Positions 55,920-64,000 of a stretch of 64,000 nt of DNA are shown in pieces. The first letter of the stretch is position 1. Each line of letters starts with the position of its first letter. The DNA lies in the NCBI GenBank assembly GCA_028692055.1, contig JAQUYA010000003.1, forward strand, positions 1,036 through 65,035. Direction: 5' to 3'. The notes under the pieces are model-generated. The model searched no databases and had not been told where the DNA came from. It was given only the letters and a program-made list of their open reading frames with translations. Source of the DNA: Lachnospiraceae bacterium. Lineage in GTDB: Bacteria; Bacillota; Clostridia; Lachnospirales; Lachnospiraceae. The position numbers and the translations under genes are program-made.

Positions 55920-57566
55920 ATGAAAAAGACAAAGCGTAACATTGGAATAGCGGTATTGGTACTTATCGTTGCATTTATCTATTATTATGTGACATTACCG
56001 GCAATCAATATACATGCATCCGGATTTTGGTCGTTCTTATTATTTGCATTGGTAATTATTATTGCAGTCGTTGCAATACACGGGATGGTAAAGCCGGGGC
56101 ATGCTATAGAAAATAATACAATTAATCTTGACTTTAAGAATTTAAAGCTATCCAAAAAATTAAAATTTCTAATAGGCATTTTTATTGCACTGGTTGTGGT
56201 ATATATCGTGGGAAGTATACTATCCTCCCCTTTTATTAATGCCAAAAAGTATCAAAGTTTGCTGACGATTGAAGAACGTAACTTTACAGATGATATCAAA
56301 GAGGTTGATTTCAATACGATACCTTTATTAGACAAGGATTCTGCAGCACTTCTGGGAAACCGCAAGATGGGCAGTATGGTGGATATGGTATCCCAGTTTG
56401 AAGTAAGCAATACCTATGCACAGATTAATTATAAGGATATTCCGGTTCGTGTGGCACCACTTGTATATGCAAGTCCAATCAAATGGTTAACAAACCAAAG
56501 TGAAGGTATTCCTGCATATATTATGATTGATATGACAAACCAGAATACAGAGTGCGTGAAACTGGAGCAGGGAATTAAATATTCAAAAGCAGAGTATCTG
56601 AATCGGAATCTGTACAGGCATTTACGTTTTAACTATCCAACGTATATTTTTGATGAACAGATTTCTTTTGAAATAGGAGACGATGATATCCCATACTGGA
56701 TATGTCCTGTGAAAAAGTTTAATATTGGACTCTTTGGCGGACAGACCATTGGCAATGTAGTTATCTGTAATGCAATTACAGGGGAATGTAAGGATTATGC
56801 AGTTGAAGACGTCCCACAATGGGTGGATAAAGTTTACTCGGCAGAATTACTGGTACAGTTGTATGATTATTCAGGATTGTTGAAACACGGTTATTGGAAC
56901 AGTGTATTAGGACAGAAAGACTGTCTGCAATCTACCAACGGATACAATTATATTGCATTGGAAGATGATGTATGGGTATATTCCGGTATAACATCAGTGA
57001 GTGGTGACCAGTCCAACGTCGGATTTGTATTGATGAATCAACGAACCATGGAAACCAGATATTATAAGGTGGAGGGAGCTATTGAGGACTCTGCTATGTC
57101 TTCTGCGGAAGGACAGGTACAAAATCTTGGCTACCAGTCAACGTTCCCGTTACTACTGAATATAGCAAATGAGCCAACGTATTTTATGGCATTGAAAGAT
57201 GATGCAGGGCTTGTTAAAAAATATGCAATGGTAAATGTACAAAAGTATCAATGGGTTGCCATTGGTGATACAGTAAAAGAATGCGAAAAACAGTATGTAC
57301 AATTATTAAATACCAATGGCATTATAAGTGAAAGTGCTGGTGAAGTGAAGACGATTACTGGTGAGATAACGAGTCTGGCACCAATTGTAATAGAAGGAAC
57401 CACACATTACTATATATGCATGAAAAATTCCGAAGATATCTTTAATATTGATATGAGCAATGCGGATTTAATTGAAATTGTGAAGTATCACGAAGGAGAT
57501 ATGATAACCTTAGGATATAATAACGATGATTTGACAGTGAGTACGGTTGTAAAGATTGGAAAATAA
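55920..57566 (+). CDS. Hypothetical membrane protein (3 N-terminal helices plus a ~430-aa extracytoplasmic domain)
   Basis: 548-aa ORF with a GGGGAGG RBS. No motif recognised. Confidence 0.5.
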   Translation: MKKTKRNIGIAVLVLIVAFIYYYVTLPAINIHASGFWSFLLFALVIIIAVVAIHGMVKPGHAIENNTINLDFKNLKLSKKLKFLIGIFIALVVVYIVGSILSSPFINAKKYQSLLTIEERNFTDDIKEVDFNTIPLLDKDSAALLGNRKMGSMVDMVSQFEVSNTYAQINYKDIPVRVAPLVYASPIKWLTNQSEGIPAYIMIDMTNQNTECVKLEQGIKYSKAEYLNRNLYRHLRFNYPTYIFDEQISFEIGDDDIPYWICPVKKFNIGLFGGQTIGNVVICNAITGECKDYAVEDVPQWVDKVYSAELLVQLYDYSGLLKHGYWNSVLGQKDCLQSTNGYNYIALEDDVWVYSGITSVSGDQSNVGFVLMNQRTMETRYYKVEGAIEDSAMSSAEGQVQNLGYQSTFPLLLNIANEPTYFMALKDDAGLVKKYAMVNVQKYQWVAIGDTVKECEKQYVQLLNTNGIISESAGEVKTITGEITSLAPIVIEGTTHYYICMKNSEDIFNIDMSNADLIEIVKYHEGDMITLGYNNDDLTVSTVVKIGK

Positions 57567-57632
57567 AATGTAAATAGTAATTACAGGGATTTTGTAATGA
57601 TGCAGGGATTACAGATAAACGGAGGGATTGCT

Positions 57633-59114
57633 ATGGATGATAGACATGAGGGAGAAATTCAAAAGTTAAGTCAGGAAGAAATGAAGAAAATACTTAAGGA
57701 AACCAGAGGAAAACTGGCAACACAACAACAGATTATCAAAGAAAAAAAGCTACCGGTTCTTGTATTGGTAGAGGGCTGGGGTGCTGCTGGAAAAGGAACC
57801 TTAATCAGTTATCTGATTCGGGATTTGGACCCTAGGTTTTTCCAGGTAATTCCTACGAAACCACCTACTAAGGAAGAAAAAAGAAAACCATTTCTATGTC
57901 GCCATATGCAAAACATTCCGGAAGCGGGTCAATTTGTATTTTTAGATGCTGGCTGGATGGAAGAAACGGTATGCGACGTGATTGATGGTAAGTGCAAAGG
58001 GAAAGAGTTGAAAAAACGTCTGGAAGACATCAACATTTTTGAACGTCAATTGGTGGATAACGGATATCTGGTATTAAAAATCTTCGTAGATGTGCCAAAA
58101 GATATTCAAAAGGAACGTATACAAAGGCTTCTTGCGGATGAAGATACCAAATGGCGTGTAGGAAAACGCGACTTGGAACAGGTAGAAGAACGGAAAAAAT
58201 ATGAAAAAGCATATGGGCATTTTATAGCAGAAACAAATACCCCAAAAGCACCATGGCATGTGATTGACAGTGGTGAAAAGGGACTGGTAGAATTACAGGT
58301 ATGTCATCTCTTGGTTGAGAGCATTGACAAAGCAATTAAGGCGAAAGAAGTACCAGTAGAGATCCCAGAGAACAGATTCAGTATCATTCCGATGCCAAAG
58401 CTTTCCCATGTGTCTTTAGACGGTACGATTACTCAGGAAGAATACGAGATACAACTAAAAGCTGCACAAAAGAAATTAAAGAAACTTCATAATAAGATTT
58501 ATAACAAGGGAATACCGGTTATCATTGCCTATGAAGGTTGGGATGCTGCAGGTAAGGGTGGTAATATCAAACGTCTTACCAGTGCATTGGATGCCAGAGG
58601 ATTTCAGGTACACCCAATTGCATCTCCGGATGTGCATGAGAAAAACAGACATTTTCTATGGCGATTCTGGACAAGATTACCGAAGACCGGTCATGTGGCA
58701 ATTTTTGATCGCACCTGGTACGGGCGCGTTATGGTAGAACGTCTGGAGGGATTTTGTAGTGAAAATGATTGGCAGAGGGCGTATAACGAAATAAATGAAT
58801 TTGAAAAAAATCTCACGGACTGGGGTGCAGTAGTCGTGAAATTCTGGATTCACATTGATAAGGAAACACAGTTGAAACGTTTCCATGAGCGGGAAGCAAC
58901 CCCTGAGAAACGTTGGAAAATCACAGAGGAAGACTGGCGCAATCGCGAAAAATGGGACGACTATGAGATGGCGGTAGATGAAATACTGGAAAAGACCAGC
59001 ACGGAATTTGCACCTTGGCATGTAATACAGTCCAATGACAAGTACTTTGCCAGAATCCAGGCAATCAATATTGTTATAGAAGCAATCGAAAGTAAATTGG
59101 AAACTTTGAAATAA
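57633..59114 (+). CDS. ppk2: Two-domain polyphosphate kinase 2 (polyphosphate:AMP/nucleotide phosphotransferase type)
   Basis: Two PPK2 units with P-loops EGWGAAGKG and EGWDAAGKG, plus FDRTWYGRV. Start set at ATG 57633 after GGAGGG. Confidence 0.85.
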   Translation: MDDRHEGEIQKLSQEEMKKILKETRGKLATQQQIIKEKKLPVLVLVEGWGAAGKGTLISYLIRDLDPRFFQVIPTKPPTKEEKRKPFLCRHMQNIPEAGQFVFLDAGWMEETVCDVIDGKCKGKELKKRLEDINIFERQLVDNGYLVLKIFVDVPKDIQKERIQRLLADEDTKWRVGKRDLEQVEERKKYEKAYGHFIAETNTPKAPWHVIDSGEKGLVELQVCHLLVESIDKAIKAKEVPVEIPENRFSIIPMPKLSHVSLDGTITQEEYEIQLKAAQKKLKKLHNKIYNKGIPVIIAYEGWDAAGKGGNIKRLTSALDARGFQVHPIASPDVHEKNRHFLWRFWTRLPKTGHVAIFDRTWYGRVMVERLEGFCSENDWQRAYNEINEFEKNLTDWGAVVVKFWIHIDKETQLKRFHEREATPEKRWKITEEDWRNREKWDDYEMAVDEILEKTSTEFAPWHVIQSNDKYFARIQAINIVIEAIESKLETLK

Positions 59115-59149
59115 AAAGTCTGGGTAGAATCATACTTTTCCAATATACC

Positions 59150-59178
59150 TTGACAAAAATCAGAAAGATAGGTAGAAT
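59150..59178 (+). promoter_or_regulatory. Sigma-A promoter of the leuS leader
   Basis: TTGACA, 17-nt spacer, TAGAAT. Same architecture as the pheS promoter. Confidence 0.65.
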
Positions 59179-59184
59179 AATCAC

Positions 59185-59506
59185 TAGTCTTAAGGATTTT
59201 AAGGCAAAAAACAGGATATAAGGAAATACATGGAAGAGGATTAGTAGGAGTGTAACAATGCAGAGAGCTGTCGGCTGGTGCAAGACAGTATGCCAAACTT
59301 TGAACTCACCTTGGAGTACCTTTATAGAACACATTTTTAATGTGATTAACAGAGAAAAATGTCAGTAGATAAAGGCGGGAATTCCCGTTATAGAATTATG
59401 AGTGTGCAGGCGGGACTACAGAGTCCAAATGCAAATTAGAGTGGTAACGCGGATACAATTCGTCTCTATTAATATAATAGATGGGACGAGTTTATCCGTG
59501 TTTTTT
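59185..59506 (+). promoter_or_regulatory. T-box riboswitch, Leu specifier (CUC)
   Basis: AGAGAG...GGCTGGTG stem I elements, CUC followed by A at 59305-59308, T-box AATTAGAGTGGTAACGCGG (59434-59452), and terminator CGGATACAATTCGTC...GACGAGTTTATCCG followed by TGTTTTTT. Confidence 0.9.
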
Positions 59507-59548
59507 ATGTAATAGGATATACAAAAAAGAAAATGGAGGAACTTTGTA

Positions 59549-61960
59549 ATGGCTATACCATACAATCACAGAGAAATCGAACAAAAATGGCGCGCAGAAT
59601 GGGAGAAAAATCCTGTTAATGTGGACGACGGAAAAAAAGAAAAATACTATTGTCTGGATATGTTTCCTTATCCATCTGGAAACGGACTTCATGTAGGACA
59701 TTGGAGAGGCTATGTTATTTCTGATGTTTGGAGCCGTTATAAATTATTAAACGGATATTATATCATTCATCCAATGGGCTGGGATGCTTTTGGACTTCCA
59801 GCAGAAAATTATGCAATTAAAATGGGCGTACACCCTGCTATTTCCACAGCAGAAAATGTAGCTAATATTAAAAGACAAATCAATGAAATCGCTGCCTTAT
59901 ATGATTGGGACAGAGAAGTTAATACAACAGACCCGAACTTCTATAAATGGACACAATGGATATTTGTAAAAATGTTCAAGGAAGGTTTGGCTTACGAGAA
60001 GGAAATGCCAATCAACTGGTGTCCTTCCTGTAAAACAGGTCTTGCAAACGAAGAAGTAGTAGACGGTAAATGTGAGCGTTGTGGTTCGGAAGTAACAAAG
60101 AAAAACCTGAAACAATGGATGCTGCGTATTACTAAATATGCCGATCGATTATTAGCTGACCTTGACAAATTAGACTGGCCGGAAAAAGTAAAGAAAATGC
60201 AGACCGAATGGATTGGAAAATCACATGGCGCAGAAGTGGATTTTGCAATAGAAGGTCGTGATGAGAAGATTACAGTTTATACTACCAGACCAGACACCTT
60301 ACATGGTGCAACCTTTATGGTACTTGCACCGGAGCATGCATTGGCAGCAAGCCTGTCTAATACAGAAACGAAAGAAGATGTAGACAAATATATCCTTGAT
60401 TCTTCCATGAAATCCAATGTAGACCGATTACAGGGAAAAGAAAAAACAGGTGTTTTTACTGGCACATATGCTATTAATCCATTAAACGGAGCAAAAGTTC
60501 CAATCTGGCTTTCTGATTATGTACTTGCTGATTATGGTACTGGTGCAATTATGTGTGTACCTGCACATGATGACAGAGATTTTGAATTTGCAACGAAATT
60601 CAATATTCCGATTATTCAGGTTATTGCAAAAGACGGAAAAGAAATTGAAAATATGACAGAAGCATATACTGCAGCTTCCGGAACTATGATCAACTCCGGC
60701 GAATGGAATGGCATGCAGTCATCTGTATTGAAAGCAGAGGCACCAAAAATAATTGAAAAAATGGGCTTTGGTCGTGAAACGACTAATTACAAATTACGTG
60801 ACTGGGTATTCTCCAGACAACGCTATTGGGGAGAACCAATTCCAATTGTACATTGTCCAAAATGTGGCTGTGTACCGGTTCCGGAAGAACAGTTACCATT
60901 ATTGCTGCCAGAAGTTGAGAAATACGAGCCAACCGGTACTGGCGAGTCACCGCTTGCCGATATTACCGAATGGGTCAATACGACTTGTCCATGTTGTGGA
61001 GCCCCTGCAAAACGTGAAACCAATACAATGCCTCAATGGGCCGGTTCTTCCTGGTATTTCTTACGTTATGTAGACAGTCACAATGATAAAGAATTAGTAA
61101 ACAGAGAAGTAGCTGATAAATTATTGCCGGTAGATATGTACATCGGCGGTGTAGAGCATGCCGTACTTCACTTATTATATTCCAGATTTTATACCAAATT
61201 CTTAAATGATATTGGTGTTGTTGATTTTGATGAACCATTTAAAAAATTATTTAATCAGGGTATGATTACCGGTAAGAATGGTATTAAGATGAGTAAATCG
61301 AAAGGAAATGTGGTTTCTCCAGATGATTTAGTGAGAGATTATGGTTGTGATTCACTCAGACTTTATGAATTATTTGTAGGACCGCCAGATCTGGATTCCG
61401 AATGGGATGACCGTGGAATCGATGGCGTTTACCGTTTCCTGAATCGATTCTGGACTCTGGTTATGGATAACAAGGACAAGGCAGTAATTGCGACACCTGA
61501 GATGATTCGTCTTCGTCACAAATTAACCTATGATATTACGACACGTTTAAATAATTTCAACTTAAATACGGTTGTATCTGGATTCATGGAATACAATAAT
61601 AAATTCATTGAGATGGCGAAAAATGGTGGTATCGATAAAGAAACACTGGAAACCATGACGATATTGCTTGCTCCATTTGTACCACATGTGAGTGAAGAAC
61701 TTTGGAGAGAGATGGGACACACGGATTCTGTATTTACAGCCGGATGGCCGGAAGCAGATGAAGATGCTATGGTGGAAACGGAAAAGGAAGTGGCTGTTCA
61801 AATCAATGGTAAGACAAAAGCAGTTATCAAGGTAGCTGCAGATATTGATAAAGATGCCGCAATTGCAGCAGGTAAAGAAGCGATTGCAGATAAAATTACG
61901 GGCAATGTAATAAAGGAAATCTATGTACCTGGCAGAATTATTAATATTGTTATGAAATAG
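59549..61960 (+). CDS. leuS: Leucine--tRNA ligase
   Basis: HVGH (HIGH) and KMSKS motifs, CP1 editing domain, 803 aa. Confidence 0.95.
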   Translation: MAIPYNHREIEQKWRAEWEKNPVNVDDGKKEKYYCLDMFPYPSGNGLHVGHWRGYVISDVWSRYKLLNGYYIIHPMGWDAFGLPAENYAIKMGVHPAISTAENVANIKRQINEIAALYDWDREVNTTDPNFYKWTQWIFVKMFKEGLAYEKEMPINWCPSCKTGLANEEVVDGKCERCGSEVTKKNLKQWMLRITKYADRLLADLDKLDWPEKVKKMQTEWIGKSHGAEVDFAIEGRDEKITVYTTRPDTLHGATFMVLAPEHALAASLSNTETKEDVDKYILDSSMKSNVDRLQGKEKTGVFTGTYAINPLNGAKVPIWLSDYVLADYGTGAIMCVPAHDDRDFEFATKFNIPIIQVIAKDGKEIENMTEAYTAASGTMINSGEWNGMQSSVLKAEAPKIIEKMGFGRETTNYKLRDWVFSRQRYWGEPIPIVHCPKCGCVPVPEEQLPLLLPEVEKYEPTGTGESPLADITEWVNTTCPCCGAPAKRETNTMPQWAGSSWYFLRYVDSHNDKELVNREVADKLLPVDMYIGGVEHAVLHLLYSRFYTKFLNDIGVVDFDEPFKKLFNQGMITGKNGIKMSKSKGNVVSPDDLVRDYGCDSLRLYELFVGPPDLDSEWDDRGIDGVYRFLNRFWTLVMDNKDKAVIATPEMIRLRHKLTYDITTRLNNFNLNTVVSGFMEYNNKFIEMAKNGGIDKETLETMTILLAPFVPHVSEELWREMGHTDSVFTAGWPEADEDAMVETEKEVAVQINGKTKAVIKVAADIDKDAAIAAGKEAIADKITGNVIKEIYVPGRIINIVMK

Positions 61961-61974
61961 AATAGAGTATAATA

Positions 61975-62034
61975 AAAAACCTTCATTTACAAATAATAGA
62001 CAAAAACCTATTATACGTGTAAATGGAGGCTTTT
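61975..62034. terminator. Bidirectional terminator hairpin
   Basis: AAAAACCTTCATTTAC...GTAAATGGAGGCTTTT with an inner AATAATAG/CTATTAT stem. Lies between convergent genes. Confidence 0.7.
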
Positions 62035-62037
62035 ATT

Positions 62038-62316
62038 TTAGGCTTTTTTTTCTTTAAACATACGAAGTACCTGATCCATTTTTTGTATTTCCTTAGGAGT
62101 ACTTTGCCGTTTTAATACATCAATAATGCGTGTGACTTCATCTTCCGTGAAATGTATGTGTTCTTTTTTTGCACGTGTGGCAATTGCTAAAAAGAAGGGA
62201 AGCCGTTCTTTTTCGGTTAAAATATTACTTTCATAAAATAATTTTTGTAAAAAATCCAGTTTGTTTTGTTCAATATCTGTAAGGGATTCATCTTTCATCC
62301 AATCTAATTGACTCAT
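62038..62316 (-). CDS. Hypothetical 92-aa helical protein (apparent paralogue of the N-terminal part of the upstream 176-aa protein)
   Basis: ATG start with a GAAAGGA RBS, 21 nt after the upstream stop. No recognised motif. Confidence 0.5.
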   Translation of the reverse strand: MSQLDWMKDESLTDIEQNKLDFLQKLFYESNILTEKERLPFFLAIATRAKKEHIHFTEDEVTRIIDVLKRQSTPKEIQKMDQVLRMFKEKKA

Positions 62317-62337
62317 TTTATGGTAATCCTTTCTGTG

Positions 62338-62868
62338 CTATGTATTGTTATCATCGGCAGGGGAACCTTGAAACATTTCAAACATCGCCTGCTGTTCTGG
62401 TGTAAGCATATTTTTCAATAACATGGAGAAGTCCATGCCGGAACCATCGGTATGAGAAGTGGTTCCGTCCTCAGAATCACTTGATTGCTGAAAACCAAAG
62501 GGTGAACTATCTGAAAATAAATCTTTGTATTTTTGCATTTCCTGAAACATTTTCATTGTATTCATCGTGTCGCCGAGCTGTGTGAGTTTTTTCTTTTCGG
62601 AATCTGTACAATAGGGCTGCAATTCCTGAATTATAGTTGAAATATCCAAGGGCCCCTTTTCTTCTGCTGCAGTGCAGATGTTTATTTGATGTTTAGTCTT
62701 TTCCGCAAAGGCAATGGTGTACTGCAGTTCCATATATTTAATCATAATGGCAAATTGATTTCTTTGTTCCCTGGATAAATGTGGAAGGAGAACCTTTAGC
62801 ATTTGAATATGGTTTGTGGTATATAAGGTATCAAATGCAAGTACATTATCAGAATCGTTTTGTGACAA
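62338..62868 (-). CDS. Hypothetical 176-aa protein
   Basis: The only in-frame start is TTG 62868, with a strong AGGAAGGA RBS. Helical N-half and an acidic, Ser-rich C-half. No recognised motif. Confidence 0.5.
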   Translation of the reverse strand: MSQNDSDNVLAFDTLYTTNHIQMLKVLLPHLSREQRNQFAIMIKYMELQYTIAFAEKTKHQINICTAAEEKGPLDISTIIQELQPYCTDSEKKKLTQLGDTMNTMKMFQEMQKYKDLFSDSSPFGFQQSSDSEDGTTSHTDGSGMDFSMLLKNMLTPEQQAMFEMFQGSPADDNNT

Positions 62869-62940
62869 GGCCTTTTCCTTCCTATATATCTTTTTAAATA
62901 CTATGAATCAGGGGCTGTGTTTATTCGTCGAATCTATTTT

Positions 62941-62977
62941 CACAAATAGGAAATAGGCTCTTGCGAGAGCCTATTTC
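62941..62977 (-). terminator. Terminator-like hairpin after the Cys-rich peptide gene
   Basis: GAAATAGGCTCT-N4-AGAGCCTATTTC, a perfect 12-bp stem. The U-tail on the minus strand is weak (CTATTTGTG). Confidence 0.5.
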
Positions 62978-63017
62978 GGTAAAATCATGTAGTGGTGCAT
63001 CATTTACAACAAAGAAT

Positions 63018-63269
63018 CTAGAAGATAGAATTTCCATTACCACAGCAGCAGGATAAGATAAGAATCAAGAAGATAATACCTTCACAGCCGTTATTGCCAC
63101 AGTCATGGTCGCATCCGCCACCGCATCCGCCGCAGCCCATGCCGCCGCCACCGTTGCCGTTGCATAAGCATAATAAAATGATAATCCAAAGAATTCCGCC
63201 ACATCCATTGTCGTGATTACAAGATGGTCTTTCGTTACATCCACATTGAGAAGCTGATAAATCGCTCAT
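63018..63269 (-). CDS. 83-aa Cys/Gly-rich, internally duplicated two-helix membrane peptide (function unknown)
   Basis: 14 Cys and 20 Gly in 83 residues. Two repeats of C-[ND]-H-D...G-C-x-G-I-[LI]-[WF]-[IL]-I-L-[IL]-L-x-C-C/N-G-N-G. GGAGG RBS 8 nt upstream of the ATG. Confidence 0.6.
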   Translation of the reverse strand: MSDLSASQCGCNERPSCNHDNGCGGILWIIILLCLCNGNGGGGMGCGGCGGGCDHDCGNNGCEGIIFLILILSCCCGNGNSIF

Positions 63270-63500
63270 TTATTTCCTCCAAAGAGTTGTATATGCTTTA
63301 TCTTATGGGCAAAGCTTGTCAAGGTTACCTAAAATTAAAAATTATTATAAAAAAAAATTTTTGAAAAATATTGTACAATATGTTGAGAAAGACTTGAATT
63401 AATTCCAAGATATTGTAAAATAAACTATATATGTTAAAGTATGGGATAGTGTGAAAATAAAAAAGGCATGGTTATTAATACACACGAAAGGGACAGAATC

Positions 63501-64000
63501 ATGACGGACACAAATTGGACTGTTGAAGGACGTACTTTTCGCACACAGCATGATTATATGGCAGGATGTCGTGATAAGAAAAAGATTGATCAGATTCGAA
63601 AAAAAGTAGATTTTAATAATAAAGAAGAGTTAGTAAGGTTACAAGGAGAAATAGAAAAAGGCACCATTACGTTTGATACCATGGTAGGAAGCGATTTCAG
63701 AGATGAGATAGAGGAACGTGCACAGAAATTAAAGTGTAAACCTGCTGAGAATAGTAAAAAGGGACTATTTAGAAAAAATATTGCAAACCAGAAATCAACG
63801 ATCAAAAAGCCGACATCAAAAAAAGCGGTAAGTCAGGAAGCAGCGCTTGAAGATATGGAGGATTCCCTGAAAAAAGAAGTTATACAGGAATTAAGAAAAA
63901 GGGAATGGTACCGAAAAGGATTATTAGCATTACTCGGAGTAGTAGCAGCTGGTAGTCTGGGTTATTTCACTTACTATTATTATCAGGCAGATAAGACGAC
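63501..64000 (+). CDS. Partial ORF (5' part, runs off the window): hypothetical protein with a basic N-domain and a TM helix
   Basis: ATG 63501 after AAGGGA, open to the window end (166 codons read by eye). Contains a LLALLGVVAAGSLGYFTYYYY helix. Not in the ORF track because no stop is reached. A TTGAAT-16-TAAAAT promoter candidate lies at 63394-63421. Confidence 0.5.
   Translation, partial: MTDTNWTVEGRTFRTQHDYMAGCRDKKKIDQIRKKVDFNNKEELVRLQGEIEKGTITFDTMVGSDFRDEIEERAQKLKCKPAENSKKGLFRKNIANQKSTIKKPTSKKAVSQEAALEDMEDSLKKEVIQELRKREWYRKGLLALLGVVAAGSLGYFTYYYYQADKT

Noticed and set aside
63018-63269. Cys-rich peptide considered as a RiPP precursor (radical-SAM or lanthipeptide type).
   Set aside because: There is no radical-SAM, LanM/LanB, cyclodehydratase, peptidase or export ABC gene within the visible flanks. 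The two strongly hydrophobic helices instead argue for a membrane-resident micro-protein.

Overview
This is a dense, low-GC chromosomal segment that looks like core genome of a Clostridia-class Firmicute, possibly Lachnospiraceae-like. That placement is an inference from the T-box leaders, the Rnf complex and overall gene content; no search was run. It holds about 50 genes, mostly on the + strand and almost all housekeeping. In order: a biotin-enzyme carboxyltransferase, TetR and RpiR regulators, cmk-ispH-rpsA, an orphan CheR-type methyltransferase, a secreted GHL10-type protein, and an MrfB/YprB-like DEDDh exonuclease. Then the full rnfCDGEAB operon with udk and a convergent ApbE flavin transferase, GH25 and SleB-type wall hydrolases, and thrC. 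Then a YesN/YesM-type two-component system next to a YtfQRT-YjfF-like sugar ABC transporter and a second membrane-anchored binding protein, which is the three-component sugar sensor layout. Then citrate synthase, aminopeptidase P, ATP-PEPCK, a SpoIID-like protein, YihY, T-box-controlled pheST and leuS, an M18 aminopeptidase, queA, a stand-alone PilZ protein, aroF-tyrA-aroA, VanW, an EF-G paralogue and a two-domain PPK2. I saw no rRNA or tRNA genes, CRISPR arrays, transposases, integrases or recognisable defence islands. Five things are not explained by ordinary annotation. (1) A 600-bp gene-free convergent spacer (9.85-10.45 kb) is built from three copies of a ~70-nt unit in + - + orientation. 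These form two abutting long inverted repeats that share a 10-nt core: ~35 bp around 258 bp, and 45 bp with 1 mismatch around an internally palindromic 127 bp. (2) A small minus-strand cluster at 62.0-63.3 kb encodes an 83-aa internally duplicated Cys/Gly-rich two-helix membrane peptide plus two apparently paralogous unknown proteins. (3) An identical 21-nt hairpin+SD element sits 6-7 nt before the start codons of two unrelated genes 17 kb apart. (4) The pheS-pheT spacer contains 3.5 perfect copies of a 53-bp tandem repeat. (5) A ~245-nt promoter-to-terminator leader of a class I do not recognise precedes the SpoIID-like gene. I cannot claim a confirmed new system; these are candidates. All protein names come from motifs recognised by eye.
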